Notes: a model not told the origin generated them from the letters alone. A stretch of 64,000 bases of DNA from Minisyncoccota bacterium (GCA_041665885.1 JBAYHY010000003.1:4529-68528); one strand, 5' to 3'; numbered from the stretch's first letter, positions 46,367 through 56,067 are shown. A program made the numbers and translations.

Positions 46367-49135
46367 ATGGAACCGTCATTCTTTAAAGAAATGCCGAAGT
46401 TCAAGAGTCCTGAAGAGGAGCTAGATTATTTGCGTGCGCACGTGAAGGCCCGAGAGGAAGAATTGATCAAAGCAGGGCATATAGAGCACGCAGGAGAGCA
46501 TGCGGCGAAAGACGTAATTATAGAATATAAAAAGATTCCAGTCGAAAACGCAGTTCACAAAGACAATCTTGTTAGCAAAAAGGAAGTTGAGGGAATTGTT
46601 CTTCAACTTAAACCGGAAATGCACGATACCGTTATGGAAGAACTCTTGGGTATTGTTATTACCAAGGGAATCAGAAATGCGCTTTCGGTGGTAGAAGCAA
46701 TGAACAATCCACACGTGGATGATGATTTTCATAGGATTCTCATTCAATATATAAAGACCGGCCAGGTAATTTCTGATTATAAAGAGGGCACTCCTTTTTA
46801 CAAATCCCTCAACATGACGCTTTTCGAAATAACCCTACCACCACCCCAGGACGAAGCAGATAAATCAAAAGGTTTCAAGGAATTCATCGGCGCGATGGAG
46901 CAATTTTACGCCGGGATGCAATCTATCGGGGAAGATCGATATAACGAGAAAGAAAATTATTTTACCTTAGAAGTGGCTCTTTCGAATGAGAGCGATGAGG
47001 TGGTGATATATGCAGCAATTCCAAATAAATATATTTCACTTTTTGAAAAACAAGTTCTGGCATTTTATCATGATGCGAAGGTCCGCGAGGTGGCGGATGA
47101 TTACAATATCTTTAACGAAAAAGGGAGAGCGGCAGGCGCGTACGCGAGTTTTTCTGAACGAGCCGTGTTGCCGATTAAAACTTACGACAATATCGAGCAC
47201 GACCCGATGAATCCGATACTGAATGTTTTTTCAAAATTGAAAACCGCAGGCGAAGGAGCTGCGATTCAGCTAGTGATAGCACCGGCCGGTGATAAATTTA
47301 TAAATGAGTTTCATCATATTTTAGATGACGTGAAGGATGGCACCTCCGTAAAACACGCTGCGGATAATTTTTATAAATTCAATAAGGCTGTAATGAAGGT
47401 CGGCAAGGAGTTGCTTTTTGGCACAAAAGAAAAAGAGGAAGGGGAAAAGAAAGAAAAATACATGAAGGGAAGAAGGGCGGTAGATGAGGGGGCGGCAGAA
47501 AAGATAGGAAATAAAATCAAAAGTTCTATCATGAAAGCGAATATTCGGGTAATTGCTTCCGGAGAGAATCAGGAAAGAGCCGAGGCAATATTAAAAGAGA
47601 TTGAATCTTCCTTTAATCAATTTTCCGAGGCGGCTAGTAATTCTTTTGTGTTTGAGCGGGTTTCTGGGGGCGAATTAAAAAAACTTTTTCATGATTTTTC
47701 TTATCGCACGTTTTCTCCCGATAAAACTTTGCCGATGAATTTGAAAGAACTCTCTTCGGTGTTTCATTTTCCCGTTGGTATTGGTGGTCAGCCACAATTG
47801 AAAGAGGCAAGGGCTGGTATTGCGCCCGCCCCCATCGAGATGGCGAACGAAGGAATAATTTTAGGAGTAAATAGTTATCGAGGAAAAGATACCGAAATTC
47901 ATATGGCCCGCGAGGATCGTATGAGACATTTCTATGTTATTGGGCAAACCGGAACAGGTAAAACGAATATTATGCTCAACATGATAACTCAGGATATCAA
48001 AAATGGAGATGGATGTTGTTATATTGATCCGCACGGAACAGATATCCAAACTATTTTATCTCGCATCCCGAAGGAACGCATTGAGGACGTTATTTACTTT
48101 GATCCAGCTTATACGGCGCGACCAATGGGATTAAACATGCTCGAGTATGATCCGAAATATCCGGAGCAAAAAACTTTTGTGGTAAATGAAATGATGGGTA
48201 TTTTCAACAAGCTTTTCGACATGAAGGTGGGGGGAGGAGCGATGTTTGAACAATATTTTAGGAATAGTGCTTTTCTGGTGATGGAGGACCCCGAGTCCGG
48301 TTCGACCTTGCTCGAAATTACCCGCGTGCTGGCGGATAAAAAATTCCGCGATTATAAAATCTCTAAATGCAAAAACCCAATCATTAAACAATTCTGGGTT
48401 TCCGCTGAGCAGACGACGGGGGATCAATCCCTGGCGAACTTTGTACCATATATTTCTTCTAAGTTTGACAACTTCATATCGAACGACATTATGCGTCCGG
48501 TAGTCCTTCAACAAAATTCCGTTTTCAATTTCCGCAAGATTATGGATGAGAAGAAAATTCTTTTGGTGAATCTTTCTAAGGGAAGACTCGGGGACATCAA
48601 TGCCAACCTAATCGGTCTCGTGCTTGTCGGTAAAATCCAAATGGCGGCGCTTTCACGCGTAGATATGTTTGGCAAACCGATGAATGATTTTTATCTTTAT
48701 ATCGACGAGTTCCAAAATGTAACCACGGATTCTATCGCCTCCATTTTGTCTGAAGCTCGCAAATATAGACTTTCATTAAATATTGCGCATCAATACATAA
48801 CCCAGCTTGAAGAAAATATCAAAAATGCTGTTTTTGGCAACGTCGGTACTATGGCAGTGTTTCGTGTAGGCACCGAGGATGCCGCTTTTTTAGAACCAAA
48901 ATTTAAACCCCAATTTACTGCACAGGATATTACCAAGCTTGATAATTATAATGCCTATATGAGCATGCTTGTTAACGGTCAACCAACTAAGCCATTTAAC
49001 TTACGTGCGTTGGCTCCAGAAAAAGGTAATCCGGAAATTGTAGACAGCCTAAAAGAACTTTCATATATTAAATTCGGCCGAGATCGCGAAGAAGTGGAGA
49101 ATGAAATCATGGACAGATATAAGACTATGGAATAA
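46367..49135 (+). CDS. VirD4/TraD/HerA-like P-loop ATPase
   Basis: IGQTGTGKT, IDPHG, YIDEFQN, SEARKY, AHQYI.QL. Confidence 0.9.
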   Translation: MEPSFFKEMPKFKSPEEELDYLRAHVKAREEELIKAGHIEHAGEHAAKDVIIEYKKIPVENAVHKDNLVSKKEVEGIVLQLKPEMHDTVMEELLGIVITKGIRNALSVVEAMNNPHVDDDFHRILIQYIKTGQVISDYKEGTPFYKSLNMTLFEITLPPPQDEADKSKGFKEFIGAMEQFYAGMQSIGEDRYNEKENYFTLEVALSNESDEVVIYAAIPNKYISLFEKQVLAFYHDAKVREVADDYNIFNEKGRAAGAYASFSERAVLPIKTYDNIEHDPMNPILNVFSKLKTAGEGAAIQLVIAPAGDKFINEFHHILDDVKDGTSVKHAADNFYKFNKAVMKVGKELLFGTKEKEEGEKKEKYMKGRRAVDEGAAEKIGNKIKSSIMKANIRVIASGENQERAEAILKEIESSFNQFSEAASNSFVFERVSGGELKKLFHDFSYRTFSPDKTLPMNLKELSSVFHFPVGIGGQPQLKEARAGIAPAPIEMANEGIILGVNSYRGKDTEIHMAREDRMRHFYVIGQTGTGKTNIMLNMITQDIKNGDGCCYIDPHGTDIQTILSRIPKERIEDVIYFDPAYTARPMGLNMLEYDPKYPEQKTFVVNEMMGIFNKLFDMKVGGGAMFEQYFRNSAFLVMEDPESGSTLLEITRVLADKKFRDYKISKCKNPIIKQFWVSAEQTTGDQSLANFVPYISSKFDNFISNDIMRPVVLQQNSVFNFRKIMDEKKILLVNLSKGRLGDINANLIGLVLVGKIQMAALSRVDMFGKPMNDFYLYIDEFQNVTTDSIASILSEARKYRLSLNIAHQYITQLEENIKNAVFGNVGTMAVFRVGTEDAAFLEPKFKPQFTAQDITKLDNYNAYMSMLVNGQPTKPFNLRALAPEKGNPEIVDSLKELSYIKFGRDREEVENEIMDRYKTME

Positions 49136-49179
49136 GTCGAGTTTTACAAAAACCTTAATTTTTGTTAGGATATTTTTAT

Positions 49180-49716
49180 ATGATAAACACACAAGAAAGA
49201 ACACTTATTATTTTAAAGCCAGATGCGGTACAGCGAGGGTTGGCGGGCGAGATACTTTCTCGTTTTGAAAGGGTTGGTTTAAAGATTATCGGAGCAAAGA
49301 TGTTGAAGCCGGACTACGACCACTTTTTTCACCATTATGAAAATATTGGCAAGATGATTTCTCGTCGAGGTAAAAAGATATTTGATGTAACCCTAGAGAT
49401 GATGAGTGCTGGTCCGGTTATTGCTTACGTCCTAGAAGGGATTGAGGCAGTTTCTCTCGTTCGGAAGATGGTTGGGGGAACCGAACCGAAGTCTGCGTTA
49501 CCAGGAACTATCCGCGGAGATTATGCGCATATGAGTTATGCTCACGGAGATGCAAATGAGCTTGGTATCCCGAATCTTATTCATGCCTCCGGGGATCCGG
49601 AAGAAGCAAAACAGGAAATAAAACATTGGTTTTCGGAGAATGAACTTTTTGAATATGAAACTGTTCATGAAAAGTTTACTCAGACGAATAAGTCTCATTT
49701 AAACAAAAACAGCTAA
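49180..49716 (+). CDS. ndk: Nucleoside diphosphate kinase
   Basis: ERTLIILKPDAVQR, PGTIRGD, NLIHAS; start at ATG 49180. Confidence 0.96.
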   Translation: MINTQERTLIILKPDAVQRGLAGEILSRFERVGLKIIGAKMLKPDYDHFFHHYENIGKMISRRGKKIFDVTLEMMSAGPVIAYVLEGIEAVSLVRKMVGGTEPKSALPGTIRGDYAHMSYAHGDANELGIPNLIHASGDPEEAKQEIKHWFSENELFEYETVHEKFTQTNKSHLNKNS

Positions 49717-49790
49717 GCTTGTTTTTCTCTAAAATTCGTGTTTTTCTGGTAAAGCTCTTGCAAAACTTTTTTTGTGGAATATACTTGAAG

Positions 49791-49916
49791 TAGGGTTATT
49801 TCAGATTATTACCTAGAACACTAATTTATGGGAGCCCCGATCGGTTTTGGCCTTGGCCTCAAGCGTCAGGCACCCACTTAGCTATAAGCTACGGTAATAT
49901 ATCAGGAATAGTCCTA
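49791..49916 (+). ncRNA. ssrS: Candidate 6S RNA (compact)
   Basis: Own promoter (TTGCAA/TATACT) and terminator; rod-like fold with closing stem tagggttatttc/ggaatagtccta, AT-rich central bubble and apical stem. Confidence 0.6.
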
Positions 49917-49969
49917 AGAAGAACTCCGCAAGTGCGGATTTTTTCTTGGAAATGTAGTAAAATAACATC

Positions 49970-50398
49970 ATGGATAGGACAAAGCTTTTAAAACATCTAG
50001 TATTTCTGATGTTTTTTATTTTTGTGGCGGATTTTATCGCTCAAAAGTTTTATTTATATACATCTATTTGGTATTTTGATATGTTTATGCATTTTGGGGG
50101 TGGTTTCTGGGAGGGGTTACTCTTTTTGTGGTTTTTCCCTCTTTTGAATTTACCGTTTTTTCATTTATCTATAGAAAAAATTGATCTTAAATTGATTTGC
50201 AAAACTATTTCGTTTGTTTTAATGATTGGAATTTTATGGGAGGTTTTTGAAATTTACACTCATAACTATCTTGGTCACGACCCTTTCAATATTCTCGATA
50301 CTGCTTCCGATATATTTTTTGATTTAGCAGGGGGGTTTATGGCCGTTTTATATTTTGTCAAAAGAATTATGGTTTTTAAGGAAAATAAAGTAGAATAA
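49970..50398 (+). CDS. Membrane protein (VanZ/DUF2238-like)
   Basis: FDMFMHFGGG, ILWEVFE, DTASDI..D..GG. Confidence 0.75.
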   Translation: MDRTKLLKHLVFLMFFIFVADFIAQKFYLYTSIWYFDMFMHFGGGFWEGLLFLWFFPLLNLPFFHLSIEKIDLKLICKTISFVLMIGILWEVFEIYTHNYLGHDPFNILDTASDIFFDLAGGFMAVLYFVKRIMVFKENKVE

Positions 50399-50402
50399 GA
50401 TA

Positions 50403-51767
50403 ATGCAGAAAAATGCTAAAGTAACTTTTTGTGGAGGAGCTGGTTCGGTGACGGGCGCAAATTTTCTTTTAGAAATAGATGGCAAAAAAATTTTAATTGA
50501 TTGTGGATTAACTCAGGGAGATAAATTAGACGATGCCATCAACTGGGAACCATTCTCCTATGATCCGAAGGAGATTGAAATTCTTTTTGTTACCCATGCG
50601 CACATAGATCATTTGGGAAGAATTCCTAAATTAATCAATGACGGCTTCCGCGGGAAAATATATTCTACCGAACCGACGAGGGGGCTCGCGGGGCCAATGT
50701 TAGATGATACGATGGGTATCTTGGGGAAAAATAGAGAATTGGGATTAGACAAGATTTATACAGAGGAAAACATTAAACTAACATTATCCCTTTGGCGTGG
50801 TTTCACTTATCACGAAAAAATTAAAATTACTGACAATGTAGAAGTTAGCTTATTGAACGCCGGACATATTTTGGGCTCAGCGATGGTTCTGTTTTTGTAT
50901 AATGGTAAAAAAATTCTTTTTACCGGGGATTTGGGCAATACTCCCTCGATGCTTCTTCCCGATACTGATAAAGTTACTGACGCGGATTATTTAATCATGG
51001 AAAGCGTGTATGGCGACAGAAATCATGAATCCAGGGAAGACCGGAGGAGACTTCTCGAGGGGGTGATTGAAGATAATTTTAAAAGAAAGGGGACTTTGAT
51101 TATTCCGACTTTTTCTCTGGAGCGCTCACAGGAGCTTTTGTTTGAGCTGAATAATTTGGTAGAAAACAGTAGAATTCCAGTGATGCCAATTTTTCTCGAC
51201 TCTCCGCTCGCCATTCGTTTAACGGATGTTTTTCGACAATACAAAAGTTATTTTAATGAGAATGCTCAAAAAGTAATGTCTCACGACAAGTACTTGTTTG
51301 ATTTTCCCGGGCTACATAATACACTTGAATCCAAAGAATCAAAAATGATCGGGCAAGTGGCTAATCCGAAGATCGTTATTGCTGGCTCCGGAATGTCTAC
51401 GGGCGGGCGGATTGTGCACCACGAAAGGCATTATTTACCCGACCCGAATAATACGATTCTTTTGACTGGATATCAGTCCTTGAATACTCCCGGGCGTCTT
51501 ATTCGAGAGGGTTTAAAAACTGTTCATATCTCTGGTGAAAATGTGCCGGTCCGGGCGCACGTGGTGACTATTTCTGGATATTCGGGACATAAAGATTCTG
51601 ATGGGTTATTGGGTTTTGTGGAAGATATGCAGGATTCTGTGAAGAAAATTTTTGTCGTTATGGGCGAACCGAAGTCGTCGATGTTTTTAGTTCAGAAACT
51701 GAGAGATAATTTAGGACTTGAGGCCGTTGCGCCCAGTGCCGGAGACAGTGTTTTGCTTCCTTGTTAA
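50403..51767 (+). CDS. Metallo-beta-lactamase/beta-CASP ribonuclease
   Basis: THAHIDHLG, AGHILGS, FTGDLG, MESVYG, AGSGM, YSGH.D. Confidence 0.93.
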   Translation: MQKNAKVTFCGGAGSVTGANFLLEIDGKKILIDCGLTQGDKLDDAINWEPFSYDPKEIEILFVTHAHIDHLGRIPKLINDGFRGKIYSTEPTRGLAGPMLDDTMGILGKNRELGLDKIYTEENIKLTLSLWRGFTYHEKIKITDNVEVSLLNAGHILGSAMVLFLYNGKKILFTGDLGNTPSMLLPDTDKVTDADYLIMESVYGDRNHESREDRRRLLEGVIEDNFKRKGTLIIPTFSLERSQELLFELNNLVENSRIPVMPIFLDSPLAIRLTDVFRQYKSYFNENAQKVMSHDKYLFDFPGLHNTLESKESKMIGQVANPKIVIAGSGMSTGGRIVHHERHYLPDPNNTILLTGYQSLNTPGRLIREGLKTVHISGENVPVRAHVVTISGYSGHKDSDGLLGFVEDMQDSVKKIFVVMGEPKSSMFLVQKLRDNLGLEAVAPSAGDSVLLPC

Positions 51768-51777
51768 TTACTGTATA

Positions 51778-51817
51778 ACTCCATAGTAGAATTTTGTTAA
51801 AAATTTCACTACGGGGT
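51778..51817 (+). repeat. REP-like hairpin family copy D
   Basis: actccatagtaga-attttgttaaaaat-ttcactacggggt. Confidence 0.65.
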
Positions 51818-51828
51818 ATAATAAAAAC

Positions 51829-52449
51829 ATGAATTCACTAATAGATCTGGCCGAAAAGCATGCGCACAACAAAATAAAGATTTGCGTCTCGGGTGCTGCG
51901 GAAACAGGACACTGCGGATTAGGGGCGCTTGATTTGGCGAAAGAACTTGGTAGAGAAATCGCGCGACAAGGGGCAGTTTTGGTGAATGGGGCAACGACAG
52001 GTTTTCCATTTTGGGCGGCAATGGGCGCAAAAGAAGTGGGGGGAATTTGTATTGGCATATCACCGGCGGCTTCCGAATACGAACACGTAGAGGTTTACAA
52101 ACTTCCACTTGATTATATGGATTTGATTATTTATACCGGCTTTGGTTATCCGGGACGCGACCTCTTGATGACTCGTTCGGCTGATGCGGTAATTTGTGGT
52201 TGTGGGCGTATCGGCACTATCCACGAATTTACGGTTGCCTTTGAGGATAAAAAACCAATCGGTGTTTTTGAAGGACCTTGGGATATGGATAAAGAACTTA
52301 AAGAAATTATCGAAAAATCGCATCGTTTCAATCCGAAAATTGTTATGGAAACAGATCCGAAGAAATTGGTGGAGGGGATTATTGCCCTTGTTCGAAAAGA
52401 TAAACTTGAATATAAAGTTTCCAAAGACTCAACCTCTGATACTAATTAG
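51829..52449 (+). CDS. LOG/SLOG-family nucleotide-binding protein
   Basis: VSGAA, GISP, RDLLMTRSADAVI...GRIGTIHE. Confidence 0.85.
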   Translation: MNSLIDLAEKHAHNKIKICVSGAAETGHCGLGALDLAKELGREIARQGAVLVNGATTGFPFWAAMGAKEVGGICIGISPAASEYEHVEVYKLPLDYMDLIIYTGFGYPGRDLLMTRSADAVICGCGRIGTIHEFTVAFEDKKPIGVFEGPWDMDKELKEIIEKSHRFNPKIVMETDPKKLVEGIIALVRKDKLEYKVSKDSTSDTN

Positions 52450-52475
52450 TTTTATTATTAATTCTAATTTAATAT

Positions 52476-53906
52476 ATGAAAAAAATAAAAATATCTATTA
52501 GTTTGTTGTTAACGAGTGTAATGTTTTTAATAAACATTGTCCCTGCACATGCCTCTGTCACCTGGACGCAAAATGATTGGTCTGGAGGTCCTGGGCAGGC
52601 TACCTGGTTTGATATAACAAAATACGATTCTGGTTCTGGCGTTTCTGCAACTGCTCCCAGCCAACTAGAAATAGTAGCTTCCACTGACCCGATTGATGTG
52701 TCGCGTACTATAAATTTGATTGGTGGTGGAGCAGATAATCGCTTGTCATTTCCCCATTACAATAATTATCCTGATGTGGTTTCTTTATGGAATGCTATCC
52801 CGAACGCTTCCGAGATTTATTATTTAGACGAAGTCACTGGTAATGTGGTTAGTTATACAGGAAGTTTTCTTGATCCGATTTTTGACATAGCTCCTGGTGG
52901 AGAAATGGCCGTTGACAGGTCAATAAATATTAGAACAATAGGTGCTGATCAGGATTTTTTGATGACAGGTCAGGACAAACCCACCAATTCTATTTCCCTT
53001 TATGCTTCTGGTCCGGGACATACGGGGTTAAACTGGGTCTCTCTTCCGTATAACCTTTCGGCTACTACTGCCTCGGAATTATTTAATGAAATTCCTAATG
53101 TTGCAGAATTGGATGTTTGGGATACTGTTGATTATAGCCAAAGGATATATGACGGCGGATTTAATTTGGATGATTTTCCTATTGTTCCAGGGGCAGCTAT
53201 TTTGATTAAGGTGGGGGTTGATACAACATGGACTCCCACTTTCAATCCAGCTTCCGTTGCTCATACCTCTCCTGCCACCCTCACTTCGAGCACCTACGAA
53301 GCAGACAAAGCATACGTCTGGGGTCCTTTAACCTACAGTGCAGATACTCCAGCCAACACAGTAGTTTCCTTCGAAGTTTCAACCGATGGAGGCACCATTT
53401 GGCAAACAGTCAGAAACAATACTACTCAAACTTTTGGTTTCTCTAGAACCATTATTTACAGAGCTACTCTCTCCAATACAGATGGTTTTTCTACTCCTAC
53501 CTTAACGAGTGTATCCATTGGAGGAAATTCGAAACTCTCCTCCGGAGGATATTCCGGTGTTTTTGTCTCTCCGCCAGTAGTTTCCCCACCTTCTTCCAAC
53601 CCTATCTCTAGTTGTCTACCAGGAGATGCCTTCAGTAATGCGACGGGTCTACCTTGTTCTTCTTTTACCCCCAACCCTCCTTCCGCTACTCCTACCAATA
53701 CCACTTGTTCTATTCTTCAAACCCTAAGACAAGGCAGTAAGGGAGAGGAAGTGAAATGTCTACAGACCAAACTAAATTCCAATCTAATCATTGACGGCAT
53801 GTTTGGACCACTAACCAAAGCATCAGTTGTTCAATATCAGCTGTCTCACAATCTGGTAGGGGATGGAATTGTGGGACCACTGACGAGGGGGGTGCTCAAT
53901 AAGTAG
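52476..53906 (+). CDS. Secreted/surface protein with C-terminal peptidoglycan-binding domain
   Basis: Signal peptide ending AHA, two internal repeats, Ser/Pro/Thr linker, LRQGSKGEEVKCLQ...DGMFGPLT...DGIVGPLT. Confidence 0.85.
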   Translation: MKKIKISISLLLTSVMFLINIVPAHASVTWTQNDWSGGPGQATWFDITKYDSGSGVSATAPSQLEIVASTDPIDVSRTINLIGGGADNRLSFPHYNNYPDVVSLWNAIPNASEIYYLDEVTGNVVSYTGSFLDPIFDIAPGGEMAVDRSINIRTIGADQDFLMTGQDKPTNSISLYASGPGHTGLNWVSLPYNLSATTASELFNEIPNVAELDVWDTVDYSQRIYDGGFNLDDFPIVPGAAILIKVGVDTTWTPTFNPASVAHTSPATLTSSTYEADKAYVWGPLTYSADTPANTVVSFEVSTDGGTIWQTVRNNTTQTFGFSRTIIYRATLSNTDGFSTPTLTSVSIGGNSKLSSGGYSGVFVSPPVVSPPSSNPISSCLPGDAFSNATGLPCSSFTPNPPSATPTNTTCSILQTLRQGSKGEEVKCLQTKLNSNLIIDGMFGPLTKASVVQYQLSHNLVGDGIVGPLTRGVLNK

Positions 53907-53922
53907 AAAATAAAAAACCACC

Positions 53923-54300
53923 CTAAGGGGTGGTTTTTGTTGTGGCTGCAGGTTTTTGTTTCAATGTTGCTAAGATTCTGGCGAAGGTTTCAGGATTATG
54001 TTCGGCGAGACCAGAGAGAATTTTTCTATCCAATTCTATTTTGTTCTTTTTTAATGCACCAATTAATTTGGAATAAGAGATACCGAGTTCTCGAGCTCCG
54101 GCATTAATTTTTATATTCCAAAGTTTTCGATTGTGTGATTTTTTATCTTTGCGATGAGCGAAGGAATAACTGCCGGCGTGCAAAAGCGCGTCTTTGGCTT
54201 GGCGTTCCTTGGTGCTTCGGCCATGGCGAAAACCCTTTGTTTGTTTCAAAACACTTCTTCTTCTTTTTAATGCATGTACTCCCTTTTTTACTCTAGTCAT
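53923..54300 (-). CDS. rplT: 50S ribosomal protein L20
   Basis: MTRVKKG, RKLWNIKINA, LDRKILS. Confidence 0.97.
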   Translation of the reverse strand: MTRVKKGVHALKRRRSVLKQTKGFRHGRSTKERQAKDALLHAGSYSFAHRKDKKSHNRKLWNIKINAGARELGISYSKLIGALKKNKIELDRKILSGLAEHNPETFARILATLKQKPAATTKTTP

Positions 54301-54318
54301 ATTATTGTTTAAAAATTG

Positions 54319-54516
54319 TTAATTAAATGGCATCAAATGACTTTTTGGTTTGTTCTTAATAACGAAACCAGCACGCTTGCGGCCGGCTAGCTGAGTGCCA
54401 CGTGATTGTTTGGCATTAAAATGATTGAAGCCAGGCTTCCTGGAGAGAAGTTTCCCGTTTTTGGTCATCTTCAATCTCTTACTATATGATTTATTTGTTT
54501 TCATTCCCTTTCCCAT
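54319..54516 (-). CDS. rpmI: 50S ribosomal protein L35
   Basis: MKTNKSYSKRLKMTKNGK; position between infC and rplT. Confidence 0.92.
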   Translation of the reverse strand: MGKGMKTNKSYSKRLKMTKNGKLLSRKPGFNHFNAKQSRGTQLAGRKRAGFVIKNKPKSHLMPFN

Positions 54517-54542
54517 AATTTTTTGTGGCGTTAAGCCCGTAG

Positions 54543-55046
54543 TTATTTTTTTTCTATTGTTGTGGTTAGACCTTTGGGACCTTTTTTATATGGATCCGAT
54601 ATTTTATAATCCTCAGAAATCAAATGCAATACTCTGTCTAAACGTTCTCGTAAAAATTTTTCATCCATATACTTCGCGCGTCCGGCTAGATACAACTCAA
54701 CTTTGATGCGGTGTCCCTCCTTGATCCATTTGGAAGCAGTTTTTGCTTTCAACTCCAAATCATGATCTCCGGTGCCTATTTTGATTTGGATTGATTTGGT
54801 TTCGGTCTTGTTCGCTCCAGCCTTGGCCTTTTTTAATTTTTTGGCCGCCTCGTATTGATATTTGCCGAAGTCCATTAGCTTGGCAATCGGCGGATTACCA
54901 TTCGGGGATATCTCTATCAAGTCTAAGCCCTTGCTCTCCGCGAGCTCTAAGGCGTCTTTTATACTTAAAATACCGAGATTTTTGTTTTCGCTGTCTAAAA
55001 CCCGAACCTCTTTCGCCCGTATTTGGTTGTTGATTCTTTCACGCAA
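54543..55046 (-). CDS. infC: Translation initiation factor IF-3 (non-ATG start)
   Basis: RINNQIRAKEVRV, LDLIEISP, MDFGKYQY; TTG at 55046 (in-frame ATA at 55055 also possible). Confidence 0.96.
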   Translation of the reverse strand: MRERINNQIRAKEVRVLDSENKNLGILSIKDALELAESKGLDLIEISPNGNPPIAKLMDFGKYQYEAAKKLKKAKAGANKTETKSIQIKIGTGDHDLELKAKTASKWIKEGHRIKVELYLAGRAKYMDEKFLRERLDRVLHLISEDYKISDPYKKGPKGLTTTIEKK

Positions 55047-55157
55047 TGTATATATAGAAAGCCCGATGAAGGGCTTAACTGCTTAGAATAATAGCGTAAT
55101 TAGAGGTTAAAGTCAACAAAGGAACAGTCGACGAGAAAATTGTGATAATATGTATTT

Positions 55158-55604
55158 ATGGCTAGTTATGCAGAAAATCGAAAAGCGAGGTTTAATTACG
55201 AATTCTTGGAAAAATACGAAACGGGTATTGAGCTTTTGGGCACGGAAGTAAAGTCTGTGCGGGGTGGGCAAATGTCGCTCGAGGGTGCCTTCATCATCGT
55301 GCGTGGGGGAGAGGTGTTCTTAATCAATGCGAATATTCCGCCATATCAACCGCAAAATTCACCGAAGGATTATGATTCGCTCCGAAATAGAAAACTTTTG
55401 CTCACAAAAAAAGAAATTACTGAGCTCGCAGGCAGTGAGAAAAATAAGAGTTTGACAATTGTACCGATTTCGGTGTATAATAAAAATAGAAAAATCAAAG
55501 TTGAAATCGCTTTGGTGAAAGGAAAGAAAAAAATCGATAAACGCGAAACTATCAAGAAGCGCGAAACGGATCGCGAGATTCGAAGGGAATACAAAGCACG
55601 TTGA
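55158..55604 (+). CDS. smpB: SsrA-binding protein
   Basis: NRKARFNY, GIELLGTEVKSVR, RKLLL, KGKK..DKR. Confidence 0.97.
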   Translation: MASYAENRKARFNYEFLEKYETGIELLGTEVKSVRGGQMSLEGAFIIVRGGEVFLINANIPPYQPQNSPKDYDSLRNRKLLLTKKEITELAGSEKNKSLTIVPISVYNKNRKIKVEIALVKGKKKIDKRETIKKRETDREIRREYKAR

Positions 55605-55668
55605 AAATAAAGAAAGTGAATTTTGCCCTTCGCCGGAACGGCTCAGGACAAATTTGCTTCGCAAATTT

Positions 55669-56067
55669 GGGGATGCAAGGCATAGACAGTTGGCCTATTG
55701 TTATTGATGCATACCGAGCATGAACGTAATCTCGTAAATCTTCGTTCAAATGTTAATTGCAAAATTAACTGCTAAAGTAAAAGCTGCTGTCTCTCCATTC
55801 TTCGGAATGAATGACTTCGCTTTTGCTCGAGTTTCCGCTTTAGCGTAAGCTCGTGTCTCACTTATAGACTTCCGATATATAAGCTGGGGCACAATATTAT
55901 CGGGATAGGGTTATTGAATGTCCTGGCAATACCCGAAACAAAGGGACTCGATTAAAAAATATTTGGCTCGCTTAAGAATTTTTTAATCTAAACAAAAAAA
56001 GCGTGCTATGTATGTAGACTTCTTTACAATAACCTTCTGCACCGGGGTTCGATTCCCCGCATCTCCA
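55669..56067 (+). ncRNA. ssrA: tmRNA
   Basis: GGGGATG/CATCTCC acceptor with G3:U70, T-arm GGGTTCGATTCCC, tag ORF 55759-55848 ending ALA-stop, adjacent to smpB. Confidence 0.93.

Noticed and set aside
46367-49135. Integrative conjugative element
   Set aside because: No relaxase, integrase, VirB genes or att sites nearby; flanks are housekeeping genes.
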